DNA of 64,000 nucleotides, from contig CALVYS010000002.1 of NCBI GenBank assembly GCA_944372355.1, positions 2,831 through 66,830 on the forward strand, written 5' to 3'. Positions 56,401 to 62,551 of the stretch are shown here, in pieces (position 1 is the stretch's first letter; each line of letters opens with the position of its first letter). The DNA is from an uncultured Clostridia bacterium. Lineage in GTDB: Bacteria > Bacillota > Clostridia > Christensenellales > UBA1242. The notes beneath the pieces are model-generated. The model was not told where the DNA came from. It saw nothing but the letters and a program-made list of their open reading frames with translations, and made no database searches. A program made the position numbers and the translations under genes.

Positions 56401-58712
56401 GTTGGCGCTTGCAACCTTTCCACAAGCAAGGTTGACGTGGAATTTAAGTGAATTTTTTGCTCATCTTCTCCACTGGCTATTGTTTCCACTGTAATTGCGT
56501 ATTCTTTTCCGGTTTCATTAAAGGTTTGGTTTTCAGCAAAGATGTAAGTAAGCTGCTCTAAAGAGTCCGTGTTGTAAACGCTTTGCAAAACAGCTCCATC
56601 AAGCGAAATTTTGTATTCATACGCAAATTCAACGGTTGAAATTGTCAAAACATATCTTTGGCTTTCTTGATTGTAGTCCAATCTGATTGGCGAGTTTTCC
56701 ATGCTGATCGCTACAAAGAAATTATCTTGTGAGGCAACTTCGCTTGCCAAGTGTGTGTTGTTGTCGAGAGGCGTGCTGAGAACTTGCAAAACGTAATACC
56801 CTGCCTCTGAAATTTGAAGGCTTGGAGAGTGCGTTTCTCCGGTCACGACAGCCGCCTCTTCAATCGAGAAGTCTGATCCCGTCGTGAAAAGCGAATATGC
56901 ATACTTCGCACCCTCAACGCTTTGCCACTGATAGGTTTGCTCGCTTTGAGCACCGTTGAGTGCTTGCAGCTCTGGCGAAGACAGCATTGTCAAAGTGTGA
57001 GAGGTTTCTGACACACTTGCAATTTCGTTTTCTTGTGGTGATCTTGTGGCGGTCAACTTGATTTCATACGCATCATCGTTTGTTCCATAAGCTTCGCTGC
57101 TGATCTTGCCAAGGCGAATCTTGGTCGTTCCGTTTTCTGTCGAAATGTCGTCCGCTTCAAGCGAAACAGGGATGTCGTTTATGCTGACTTCAAATTGATT
57201 TGCGTATGCCACTTCGTCAAAAACGAGGATTGACTCGCCCTCTTCGATGTCGTGACGCAGGTTTTCGATCTGTCCAACATTGTAAGCGCTCATCATCTTC
57301 ACTTCATCGCTTTTCACCGCCATGCTTGTGCTTTGTTGACCAATCGTGATCTGTCCGTTTTCATCAAAAGTTGGCAAGGTTTGCAAGGTGAAAACATTCT
57401 CCCCCTCGCCGAGAGTAAAGTCGTAGGTCAGAGAATAAACCCCGTCTTCACTTTCTCCAAACTCAAAGTAATCGACTCCGTTCACATTTATCGGGGTGCC
57501 ATTTTGTTTGACCACAAACCTTTTGTTGTGTTCTGATTGTGTGGTGAAAGTAACACGCAAAATGTCTCCCAAAATCTCATAGTCATATTGCACATTGCCA
57601 ATCTTTGCGACATTGCCAAGTGTTTTCACTGCACCATTGGCAAAGCCTGTTTGTCCAATCGCTTGCAAAGCCAGAGTGTAGATCCCCTCTTGCACTCCAT
57701 TTAAAATTGAATTTGTCGCCTGCGCGCCAAAAGAAAAAGTGCCAGAAGTCGCTCCGCTTAAAGAAGAATAATTTAAAAGATATCTTTGAGCATTTTCAGC
57801 AGTCTGCCAAAAAAGCTCGTTGTCTTGCAGGGTCAAAAGCGGTGTGTAAATTTTTTGAACGTCAAGTGTTGCTGTTTGGCTGGAATCTTGTCCAGAGTAA
57901 GTAATTATTTCAAATCTTCCAGTTTCACCTTCCGCAAGGTTTGCAAAATTTGCAGAAAAAGTTCTTCCTCTCACATCTTCGGTTGTGACTCCTTGGAAGA
58001 TTACATCATATCTGTCTCCTGCCGCTTGCCAGCTCAAAATTCCAGTTTGCTGTCCAAACGTTCCACTGTCTGAAACAAAAGAAAGTCCGCTCGCCTGCCC
58101 CGCAAGTGCAAAAGTGAACTCTGCCTGAGCAGAAAATTCCGAACCTAAAACATTTTGCGTCGGATTTGCTTTTACGCCGACAGTATAACTTCCCGGCTGC
58201 GAAAGCTGATAGAAGTTGTCTTCCACAACAAACTCGCTTGGGCTTCCGTCGCGGTCGAGCACAACGGTGTAAGTTGCCGCTTCAACCTGCCCACCCTCTA
58301 AAACAAGCGATGCGTCCCATGTGATCAAACCATCGTTTGAAACCGCAATGTTTGCCGGCGCAGCAAACTTTTGTTTGATCGTGACACTCAAAACATCGAT
58401 CACATTGTTCTCGTGCTTTGCCACAAGGCTCACCTGTCCGCTTCTTTGGGCAACAAAGGTGCCGTCTTCTTGTTTTGCCAAAACGGACGCGTTTCCACTT
58501 TCAAAAACAAGTTCAAATTCAGAGTCGATCATCTGAGCAGGGTCGAGAACCTCTCCAACTGCCAACACAACTTCGTCAGCGCTGAATTCTCCCGCACCCC
58601 TATATGTTTGCACACAACCAGCAAAACAAAATGCAGCCATCGTCACAAGTGTGGCGAAAAGGCTGAATATGATTGTGCTTATGCGTTTTTTTCTTGTCGT
58701 ATTCACAAACAT
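47424..58712 (-). CDS. Giant (3,762 aa) lipoprotein-anchored surface protein: at least 13 FN3/Ig-like modules and a C-terminal GLUG/beta-helix-like head
   Basis: Complete ORF in the track. Lipobox CFAGC. A W...Y module signature recurs (ITWDAS..YTVVL, LSWQAAGDRYDVIF, LFWQTAENAQRYLLNY, YQWQSVEGAKYAYSL, LLWNAVEGDNVVYDIYY, LTWNHEGEG..SYVIYV, LTWTQNPDAEGYSLSVY, LTWRADEVGTAYYIYL, FSWDTF..RYSAQVAY, and others). The C-terminal segment reads GTEEDPFIVSS...PFKGIYDGNGNAISVT and is followed by G/N/S/T-rich beta-helix-like repeats. Confidence 0.9.
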   Translation of the reverse strand: MFVNTTRKKRISTIIFSLFATLVTMAAFCFAGCVQTYRGAGEFSADEVVLAVGEVLDPAQMIDSEFELVFESGNASVLAKQEDGTFVAQRSGQVSLVAKHENNVIDVLSVTIKQKFAAPANIAVSNDGLITWDASLVLEGGQVEAATYTVVLDRDGSPSEFVVEDNFYQLSQPGSYTVGVKANPTQNVLGSEFSAQAEFTFALAGQASGLSFVSDSGTFGQQTGILSWQAAGDRYDVIFQGVTTEDVRGRTFSANFANLAEGETGRFEIITYSGQDSSQTATLDVQKIYTPLLTLQDNELFWQTAENAQRYLLNYSSLSGATSGTFSFGAQATNSILNGVQEGIYTLALQAIGQTGFANGAVKTLGNVAKIGNVQYDYEILGDILRVTFTTQSEHNKRFVVKQNGTPINVNGVDYFEFGESEDGVYSLTYDFTLGEGENVFTLQTLPTFDENGQITIGQQSTSMAVKSDEVKMMSAYNVGQIENLRHDIEEGESILVFDEVAYANQFEVSINDIPVSLEADDISTENGTTKIRLGKISSEAYGTNDDAYEIKLTATRSPQENEIASVSETSHTLTMLSSPELQALNGAQSEQTYQWQSVEGAKYAYSLFTTGSDFSIEEAAVVTGETHSPSLQISEAGYYVLQVLSTPLDNNTHLASEVASQDNFFVAISMENSPIRLDYNQESQRYVLTISTVEFAYEYKISLDGAVLQSVYNTDSLEQLTYIFAENQTFNETGKEYAITVETIASGEDEQKIHLNSTSTLLVERLQAPTSYSVIENSTAISVANPDQTGVLVLSKDGSEIARGEGGEAVKADLTSYDGAFSINAKVEGYDLFEDFTTNGKVMLESGQASFNFYRSSTPTALNYSAGQISFAHTRQPGERANYLVEVTAISANGSASVTFETALTSFDLEELLQPLREQNPEFDSHYDQSHTVNVRIFANISEEVESVYYLPSRYATLLYNPQDTTLSITKLASPQLNYDDTERKLLWNAVEGDNVVYDIYYNRSTNENQLEATISSVNNQQTYEFSIAGYDFSQEGDYIFYIVARSDNALDSNSSGRVIVHKLSQVSGLSVYERGGQYFAGFSLESIELDNIADIRVNGNSVGTSPEFKLASEAEVEEGEVVTVGTNGEVSVQIMGKAFEENGDKTFYISSDVANFVVKPLEKEEYEPLIEISSNSISWEDFEAGSASDWILTNPESGNIRYEIRVYNSTSELRSVISNISSTQLSLSHENLLALVQGNYTFELYVYVSNYQITSEDGRGYYGRLLLDDTSSLTKLNAVTDFSASIDDSQTTIDEELAKPITLTWNHEGEGTSQISYVIYVNGSEAARVQELSYNLSQTLLNEGDNAIAIKAVSDSDVESDLQSLVVSKFATPEIFVADTGVLTITAAQNPPASEGYIIELKIEEETTTFYSTATTVDLQPHINGRSGNYTVRVIPKSTQKVSVPNESVASASGTILAQPTFVQDQAGITLVSTDADVVFYIRCDEEGLSQMIEGNYFAFPDDWGSGVYNILLYARRTGSVDSWTGESAEQELNLDRIANTTEVIFERSEDYNDQTLTWTQNPDAEGYSLSVYQNDEILFETVLTGGSARLSDIESEYGVLPSGDLTFVFRTLATSDSGKANSQPLTFAVNKLENTISGVYSKVALPNIGYLTFNSSFNGVGTYIQVENASGQIKDYLLSGEENLVKVEEFLGRLQVSARTLATNKPSEGLDRQSSADGILLDADATIVTMNKHSQIQSITQNFDTGRLMLNLANGGVTSGLRFFAEHDGEVMEVSATQTSSTNYEIIAANIAELFDLQDGEFVFTLSVYSSGWLISDPVEHSFEFKSSSNTVEAVKGEDDRNDYLIIHGQNASTRQPVTAIILRDLEGNYYSTDLASVTGYWVTASGAERGEFLGAPVEGYTNEAAFVISVNEVLAGFVSGTKNLQVAYVTNENDEFTVVGYCAAITYRKLVAPNSIEIDLGNLTWRADEVGTAYYIYLEGTTQSEIKIDDTNTTYYLGENINKQGSYYVSIQNVSSQLQTLASEKTYVGGNSRQSVSKLATVSDIQLSDGVMQLTYNGTGDLANDINNITDASSSANITAAVNNLLNKTYTLPFRFSLTELVNTEFNLRFENTTTGQVYFTTVKAGNLLTGFTQPVEDFTGDFTGKSVIEAIETILGYTGLQGSARTALQELYDTLTDSTLWTGVASCELLFDEIGEELTGNYNKYPAERIQAGQYNVSIQQQGSQEDATISSDYNQVLSNVTVETSPMITTSVEDNVYYINFRPIDGKNEYTMVLKHTEDTETVIEKVKITLTDGVWRRTDVGGEDFTTTLSTFENGGSTFVRISLNDVDGIGEELTNPTLYTYSVNIFANGDDTTFNSKTEEVSLTFLGFNIDSLTLNAGVFSWDTFTVGNTRYSAQVAYQHYQSSSVTIATPSGTGATQSFTPSTVGNYNYIEFYTPGHREAYAIYVGSEVYRLENISKLQSPSITTQNGQLVFSDNNSALQQRTFILSNNISRLSNLTLEVSSESSSITHTPGLNGLTNDEASGYAYRLTEGLATTFYAAMAGDDVEHFTSREMTDEGGQTIYNRFIINADGLEENETLYLQSASTSISAKMIDYSSNATVDEAGQIISLSEGVQLLNGRVVWPEAVDTVAAPYEILYEVRVETYYATSADSTNWTLDTTCTRTYYTSDNQLDASLFINSPSDTQRYAIYVKANVYQLDSNGDIVSLQNQTYSQAGQTTFASTLTKVLQGELVFNYAGDTSALFERSQEVVDFEINDGSFVWTYEVEDGLSTRFVIEYSIAGRDSWQTLNGQVVSSGQNNYTFVIDEGQLSSTNAYNFRIYAVNYAATTGGTLTTGGQLASNKNGVGNQTYRQISVLKDLTQSDFTTSRVETGSEYYYVVNFQNYYDSNPGISASSINLEITYLGETLTILGSGSSKTLNLRPAGDGGEAGITNGEIFFADGNLTLNIRAVAADINYILSADSQVQINLSETSWHNADSVTYDSESQTFSWTYGAEYRYQSALSEGEEVALVYYYDSEALAFKVYGADVGEPLQQYSGDSGVRVPIIYGGDQVRWIWGSQATFEYLEDEGYAEVTTRSNAQLQIYDEETGSFSYAGTTLPAGGTYRYAYDYFIVQKMLFDDTELTNYYLPISAVTMAGQTAASFTVTENMPVYTDPECTHLRGIEAGIDLAIAEDAVVDAGYYQFANFEEFGNGEDFRLKVENVYRYVVQTNLTNPEELIFKVTIQSQQVTVSGNTTTTVTTTREYDNIALSQNEGWWTATFEPNLIGTILSFEVQARRGENNLPSASLSIDCSGGDVVFDLFASGAGTEEDPFIVSSTDEFENMSHRSEKQYYHNTYYQTQETIVVRGGNRTESYSSGTETDTELYYSFRQSGNLSFTNVAGFVIDQPFKGIYDGNGNAISVTFASVADLGTAESGEMASLSGGTEIQFTKGAALFKEISTNGSVSNLTISFSFAYNSDFKQTSADEPTLIAGLALKTAARITSTNEEAGRVSGVTLQGASMAMSTTISAGNVLAVAGIVGKNQGEMYDCVSRNGITVSQRSVASGQTFLFSPIALFNSGASASMTYCRNNGNVSISWATNQSNDNSVIQASGIVLTNSFGTIDMCYNSANVTVNTTNANGSATNLTGTRYAAGVVIYSNRGSLISVVNTGAITAGNVGGVAYNLNSTTINNIVAFGSVNGGNVNLFAATGSATAYSGSSCYIHNSGSPTLNVGYTPVSNNWSGSINCYGHSGWRIVVSYTNSTNYSVVFSQT

Positions 58713-58813
58713 ATTTTAACACTTTTCGCCAAAATTTATCAAATGAAATAATAAATATTTATAAAATATATACAAAAAATTTTTAGATTATTTTTTTGTG
58801 AAACAATAAAAAA

Positions 58814-59641
58814 TCAAATATATTTTTCTGCCCATTGTGGCTTGTCAATAAAAGCTTTGTTTTTTAAATATTCAAAATTTTTATCAATTTTTTCAATTTT
58901 TAAAGAAAAACAATGCAATTTTTGATATTTTTGCTTAAATTTTTTGTTAATTTTGTTGTTTCCATATTTTCCGTCACCAACAATTGGGAAACCCATAAAT
59001 GCCAGTTGCGCCCTTATTTGATGAGTTTTGCCGGTAAAAATTTGTGCAACCACCAAGCTTGTCTGCTCTCCTTGTTTGACGGTTTTAAACCTTGAAGAGA
59101 TTTTTACGGCCTTTTGCACATACGTCTTATAAATCTTAACTTCGCTTCGTGAGGCGTTTTTGACCAAATATGCCTCCTGCAATTCTCCTTTAAAATTTGG
59201 CTTTCCAACAACTTCACAAACATACAGCTTTTCAATCGTTTTGTTTTTAAATGCGTCTTTTAAGGCTTTTTCTGCCTGCTCGTTTTTGGCCAAAATCAAC
59301 ACTCCTGTCGTGTTTCGATCCAGCCTGTGCACAGCAATGCTTCCTGGAAGCAATTTTTCCACTCCGCCGTCTCCCTGAACCTCAATTTCAGGGCCCTTTG
59401 AAACCACCACGACATTGTCGTCCTCATACAACTTTTTAACTTTTGGTTTTGGAGGCTCTTCACAGAAAACAACCACCGTCTCTCCGGCGTTTAGCACTTC
59501 ATCTTCCTGCAAACGTTTTCCGTCACGCTTCACATCTTTGTTTTTCAAAATTTTGTTGGTTTGTGCGCTTGAAAAACCATAATTTAATAAAAAATCACGA
59601 ATTTTTGAAGTTTTTTTAACATTTATTTCAAATTTTTGCAT
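58814..59641 (-). CDS. RluA-family pseudouridine synthase with an S4 domain
   Basis: HRLDRNTTGVLILAKN catalytic motif, and KTHQIRAQ. Confidence 0.85.
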   Translation of the reverse strand: MQKFEINVKKTSKIRDFLLNYGFSSAQTNKILKNKDVKRDGKRLQEDEVLNAGETVVVFCEEPPKPKVKKLYEDDNVVVVSKGPEIEVQGDGGVEKLLPGSIAVHRLDRNTTGVLILAKNEQAEKALKDAFKNKTIEKLYVCEVVGKPNFKGELQEAYLVKNASRSEVKIYKTYVQKAVKISSRFKTVKQGEQTSLVVAQIFTGKTHQIRAQLAFMGFPIVGDGKYGNNKINKKFKQKYQKLHCFSLKIEKIDKNFEYLKNKAFIDKPQWAEKYI

Positions 59642-59742
59642 ATTTTTTTCTCCAAAACAATTATAGCATAAAAATTAAATTATGCACATATTTTTTTAGT
59701 AAAGTTTTAAAAAGCAAAAAATGTTTGTTGGGAGAATTTAAA

Positions 59743-59994
59743 ATGAGTGAAATTGTCACAATTGAAAATCAAAATTTGATAACTGTAAAAGGCGCGACAA
59801 AAGTGCGTTCAAGCACACAAAATGCCGCCGAGGTTGAAATCGACCAAACACTTCTTTTGATCAGCGGTTCAGATTTGGAAGTAAAAAAGCTCGACCTAGA
59901 CAACAAGGAAGTGGTTTTTTCGGGAAACATAAGCCATTTGAAGTTTGTTCGTCATGGCGAAAAACAAAGTCTTTTTAAAAGGATTTTTAAATAG
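59743..59994 (+). CDS. yabP: Sporulation protein YabP
   Basis: ENQNLITVKGATKVRSSTQNAAEVEIDQTLLLISGSDLEVKKLDLDNKEVVFSGNISHLKF matches the YabP pattern. yabQ follows. Confidence 0.8.
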   Translation: MSEIVTIENQNLITVKGATKVRSSTQNAAEVEIDQTLLLISGSDLEVKKLDLDNKEVVFSGNISHLKFVRHGEKQSLFKRIFK

Positions 59995-60338
59995 TGCTCT
60001 ATCCCACTCTTACACAACCTGCAATCTTTTTTTCGCTGCTCGCTGCCGGACTTTTAAGTGGGCTAGCCTTTGACCTTGCAAACTTCGGCTCATATCTATG
60101 CAACAAAAACAAAATTGTTTTGCACATATTTCAGTTTGTTGCAACAATTTGCTGTTTTGTGATTTTTTATTTTGTAAACCTTTTTGTAAACTATGGTCAA
60201 CTTAGATTTTATGCCATTGCAGCGTTTTTGATTGGGCTTATAGCTGAACGCACTGTCAGCCAAAAATTTATTGCAAAAAATGTTAAAAAGTTATATAATT
60301 TGAAACGTGGAAAAGGAAAAACAAAGGAAGATTCTTAA
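59994..60338 (+). CDS. yabQ: Spore cortex biosynthesis protein YabQ
   Basis: The GTG start overlaps the yabP stop. Three or four TM segments, and the conserved yabP-yabQ order. Confidence 0.7.
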   Translation: MLYPTLTQPAIFFSLLAAGLLSGLAFDLANFGSYLCNKNKIVLHIFQFVATICCFVIFYFVNLFVNYGQLRFYAIAAFLIGLIAERTVSQKFIAKNVKKLYNLKRGKGKTKEDS

Positions 60339-60537
60339 AATATGCGGTATTGTCGCTTTCACAGTTGTCATAATTGTGATTGTCGTTTTGTGCATTGTTT
60401 CTGCTGATTATAAACGACGAACCCAGCAGTTGCAAGATGACAACCAGCAGATAGAAGACATTTTGCAAAACCCGTCACCCGGTCAAACACCACAAGAAGG
60501 CGAGAATTCGTCCTCCATAGTTTTGATATATAATTGA
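60307..60537 (+). CDS. Possible small single-TM protein (in the position of divIC/ftsB in Bacillus synteny)
   Basis: GTG start with no clear SD. TM helix followed by a short Q/D-rich segment. It overlaps yabQ by 32 nt and the convergent cvpA-like gene by 63 nt. Confidence 0.3.
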   Translation: MEKEKQRKILKICGIVAFTVVIIVIVVLCIVSADYKRRTQQLQDDNQQIEDILQNPSPGQTPQEGENSSSIVLIYN

Positions 60538-61170
60538 CGCCACATTTGCTTGTTGAACTTTGTTTATTAAAAATTGAATTCCAAAAAACTCTCCAACAGA
60601 GATGACCGCGGCCACAATCAAAAAATATACGACAGCGCTTTGCAACGCTCCAAACAAAAATCCCAGCACTTTGTCTGTGACGAGAAAGAACCGAACCTTT
60701 ATCAGTCGAACAACAAACGGCTGCAAAACTTTTAAAACAAACAATAACAAAATAAAGTTGACGGCTATTACAACCGCGACCAATATAAGCCGGTAGAACA
60801 CAGGGCTCAAAAGCTCTGCCACGGAGAAGCTTCCTTCAAAATTTATGTTTTGAGCAAATCCTTCCAAAACCCTTTTCACGCTTTCAGAAGTTTCGGAGTT
60901 TTCTATAACCTCCAAAACCTCCTCTTGTGAAGTGCAAACGATTTCTAAAAAGCTGGAATCCATTGATGTCAAAACAGAATTTGAAAGCCCACATATTTCA
61001 TCTTTTAAAATGCTTTTTTCCATAAAAAAATCACTGCTTGGGCCTGCAAGCAGGAGCGCTGCCACCAGCGCAAGAACAAAAAACACAAAGCTGACGGCAC
61101 TTTTTGCAAACCCTTTAAAAACACCTCCCACAGAAAAAAGTGCAAAAAGCGCAATAAAAATGGTGTCCAT
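60475..61170 (-). CDS. CvpA-family membrane protein
   Basis: The N-terminus MDTIFIALFALFSVGGVFKGFAKS and four TM segments are typical of CvpA. Confidence 0.6.
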   Translation of the reverse strand: MDTIFIALFALFSVGGVFKGFAKSAVSFVFFVLALVAALLLAGPSSDFFMEKSILKDEICGLSNSVLTSMDSSFLEIVCTSQEEVLEVIENSETSESVKRVLEGFAQNINFEGSFSVAELLSPVFYRLILVAVVIAVNFILLLFVLKVLQPFVVRLIKVRFFLVTDKVLGFLFGALQSAVVYFLIVAAVISVGEFFGIQFLINKVQQANVASIIYQNYGGRILAFLWCLTG

Positions 61171-61214
61171 GCAACAATTTTTGACTTGTAAAAAAATTTT
61201 TTACATCAATTTAA

Positions 61215-61243
61215 TTGACAACTCAAAATTTAGGTGGTATACT
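61215..61243 (+). promoter_or_regulatory. Strong sigma-A-type promoter with an extended -10
   Basis: TTGACA (61215-61220), 17-nt spacer, TGgTATACT (61235-61243). Confidence 0.6.
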
Positions 61244-61325
61244 TGCTTTCGCAAACAGTTTTTCTCCCTCCCTAATTGTTTGCAAAGCACAAAAGATTGC
61301 GAATTGGCAAGTCGTCAATTCGCAA
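61244..61325 (+). ncRNA. Candidate small RNA or leader: two hairpins, the first with a C-rich (anti-SD-like) loop
   Basis: Hairpin 1 is TGCTTTCGCAAACA / TGTTTGCAAAGCA (61244-61257 / 61277-61289) with loop GTTTTTCTCCCTCCCTAAT. Hairpin 2 is TTGCGAATTG / CAATTCGCAA (61297-61306 / 61316-61325). Confidence 0.35.
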
Positions 61326-61422
61326 ACACAGTGGCTTTAAACAACCGCCGCACAAAGTTTTAAAGACGCTGGCATAAACCGATAGAGGTTGACAGCCGGG
61401 TGCTCTTGACAATTTAATATTT

Positions 61423-61456
61423 GCCTCCTTAGCTCAGCGGTAGAGCACGAGGCTGT
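61423..61456 (+). pseudogene. Truncated 5' copy of tRNA-Asn (nt 1-34)
   Basis: GCCTCCTTAGCTCAGCGGTAGAGCAC is identical to the intact gene. The next 8 nt match at 6 of 8 positions, and the sequence then diverges. Confidence 0.8.
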
Positions 61457-61534
61457 GCGCGTAAGCGTATGGAGCGATAGCGGAATTAAACCGATAAAGG
61501 TTGACAGCCGGGTGCTCTAACAACTTAATATTTT

Positions 61535-61609
<75 letters not shown>

Positions 61610-61611
61610 AT

Positions 61612-61637
61612 AAAGCAGACTTTAGTCTGCTTTTTTT
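61612..61637 (+). terminator. Terminator after tRNA-Asn
   Basis: AAGCAGAC-ttta-GTCTGCTT followed by a T run. Confidence 0.8.
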
Positions 61638-61709
61638 ATTTGATGAGAACCTGCGACCTAGTAAAAAGCTCGCACACTTCCACGTTTTGCTTTTTCTGGG
61701 TTCGCATTC

Positions 61710-61734
61710 GGTTCGAATCCTACAGGGGGCGCCA
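61710..61734 (+). pseudogene. Isolated 3' fragment of tRNA-Asn (T-loop to CCA, 25 nt)
   Basis: GGTTCGAATCCTACAGGGGGCGCCA is identical to 61585-61609. No matching 5' acceptor strand lies upstream. Confidence 0.8.
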
Positions 61735-61759
61735 AACGGAGCTTGCCTCCGTTTTTTTT
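61735..61759 (+). terminator. Terminator after the tRNA 3' fragment
   Basis: ACGGAG-cttgc-CTCCGT followed by T8. Confidence 0.75.
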
Positions 61760-61820
61760 GAGAATTTTGGGTCTTGACTATCAAAGGCTTTGTTGATATA
61801 ATTGAATTAGGAGTTATCTG

Positions 61821-62528
61821 ATGAGAAAAGTTTACAAACTATACTACGTTGCAAAAAATGATCCGGCAGCGTCAGAGCTTATGGAAAAGAAGGAAACACG
61901 CAAATTTAAGGCAAAGATTTTGATTGGTAGCTGGTTTTCTGGCCGCAGGCTGATCCGAATCAAAACCCAAAACCCTGAAATCGTTTATCGCTACAACAGC
62001 AAGACAAATGCCGGCGACAAACTTGACTCCTTCTCAGAAGGCGATCAAAAAAAGTTGGATTTGATTGTGAACGCAATTTTAAAGGGAAATGGCAAACTTT
62101 TTGCTTATTCAAGACTGGGCGGAAAAATTCTGCTTGGAAAACAACTGAAAGTTTTAGACGCGATTCCAACCGACTTTTTCAAGTTTGACGAAACCAAAAA
62201 GCTTTACGAAGAGCAAGAAATCTTTGACAAAAACAGCGCGGCTTATCGAAGCGACACCCTTTATGGCAAGCTTATCAACAACACAATCGGAAAAATGGCA
62301 AAATACAACGACCGCGTTTTGTTTTCGCAACACAGAGCAGACCCTCCGGTTGTTACAACACAAACCCTCTCTTATGAAACAACTTCCTCTTCTGACCCCG
62401 TAGATGCAAGTGAAGTTCGGGCAGTTCCAGATGTTCCAGAATATTTGAAAAGATCTAATTATATGAAAAACAAAGAAAAGCCGGAGGAGGAAAGGCTGTT
62501 TACTCCATCATCTTTTAATAGAGAATAA
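61821..62528 (+). CDS. Hypothetical protein
   Basis: The ATG follows AGGAG. A promoter TTGACT, 17-nt spacer, TATAAT lies upstream (61775-61803). I recognise no motifs. Confidence 0.55.
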   Translation: MRKVYKLYYVAKNDPAASELMEKKETRKFKAKILIGSWFSGRRLIRIKTQNPEIVYRYNSKTNAGDKLDSFSEGDQKKLDLIVNAILKGNGKLFAYSRLGGKILLGKQLKVLDAIPTDFFKFDETKKLYEEQEIFDKNSAAYRSDTLYGKLINNTIGKMAKYNDRVLFSQHRADPPVVTTQTLSYETTSSSDPVDASEVRAVPDVPEYLKRSNYMKNKEKPEEERLFTPSSFNRE

Positions 62529-62551
62529 AAAAACCGACGACGTGTCGGTTT

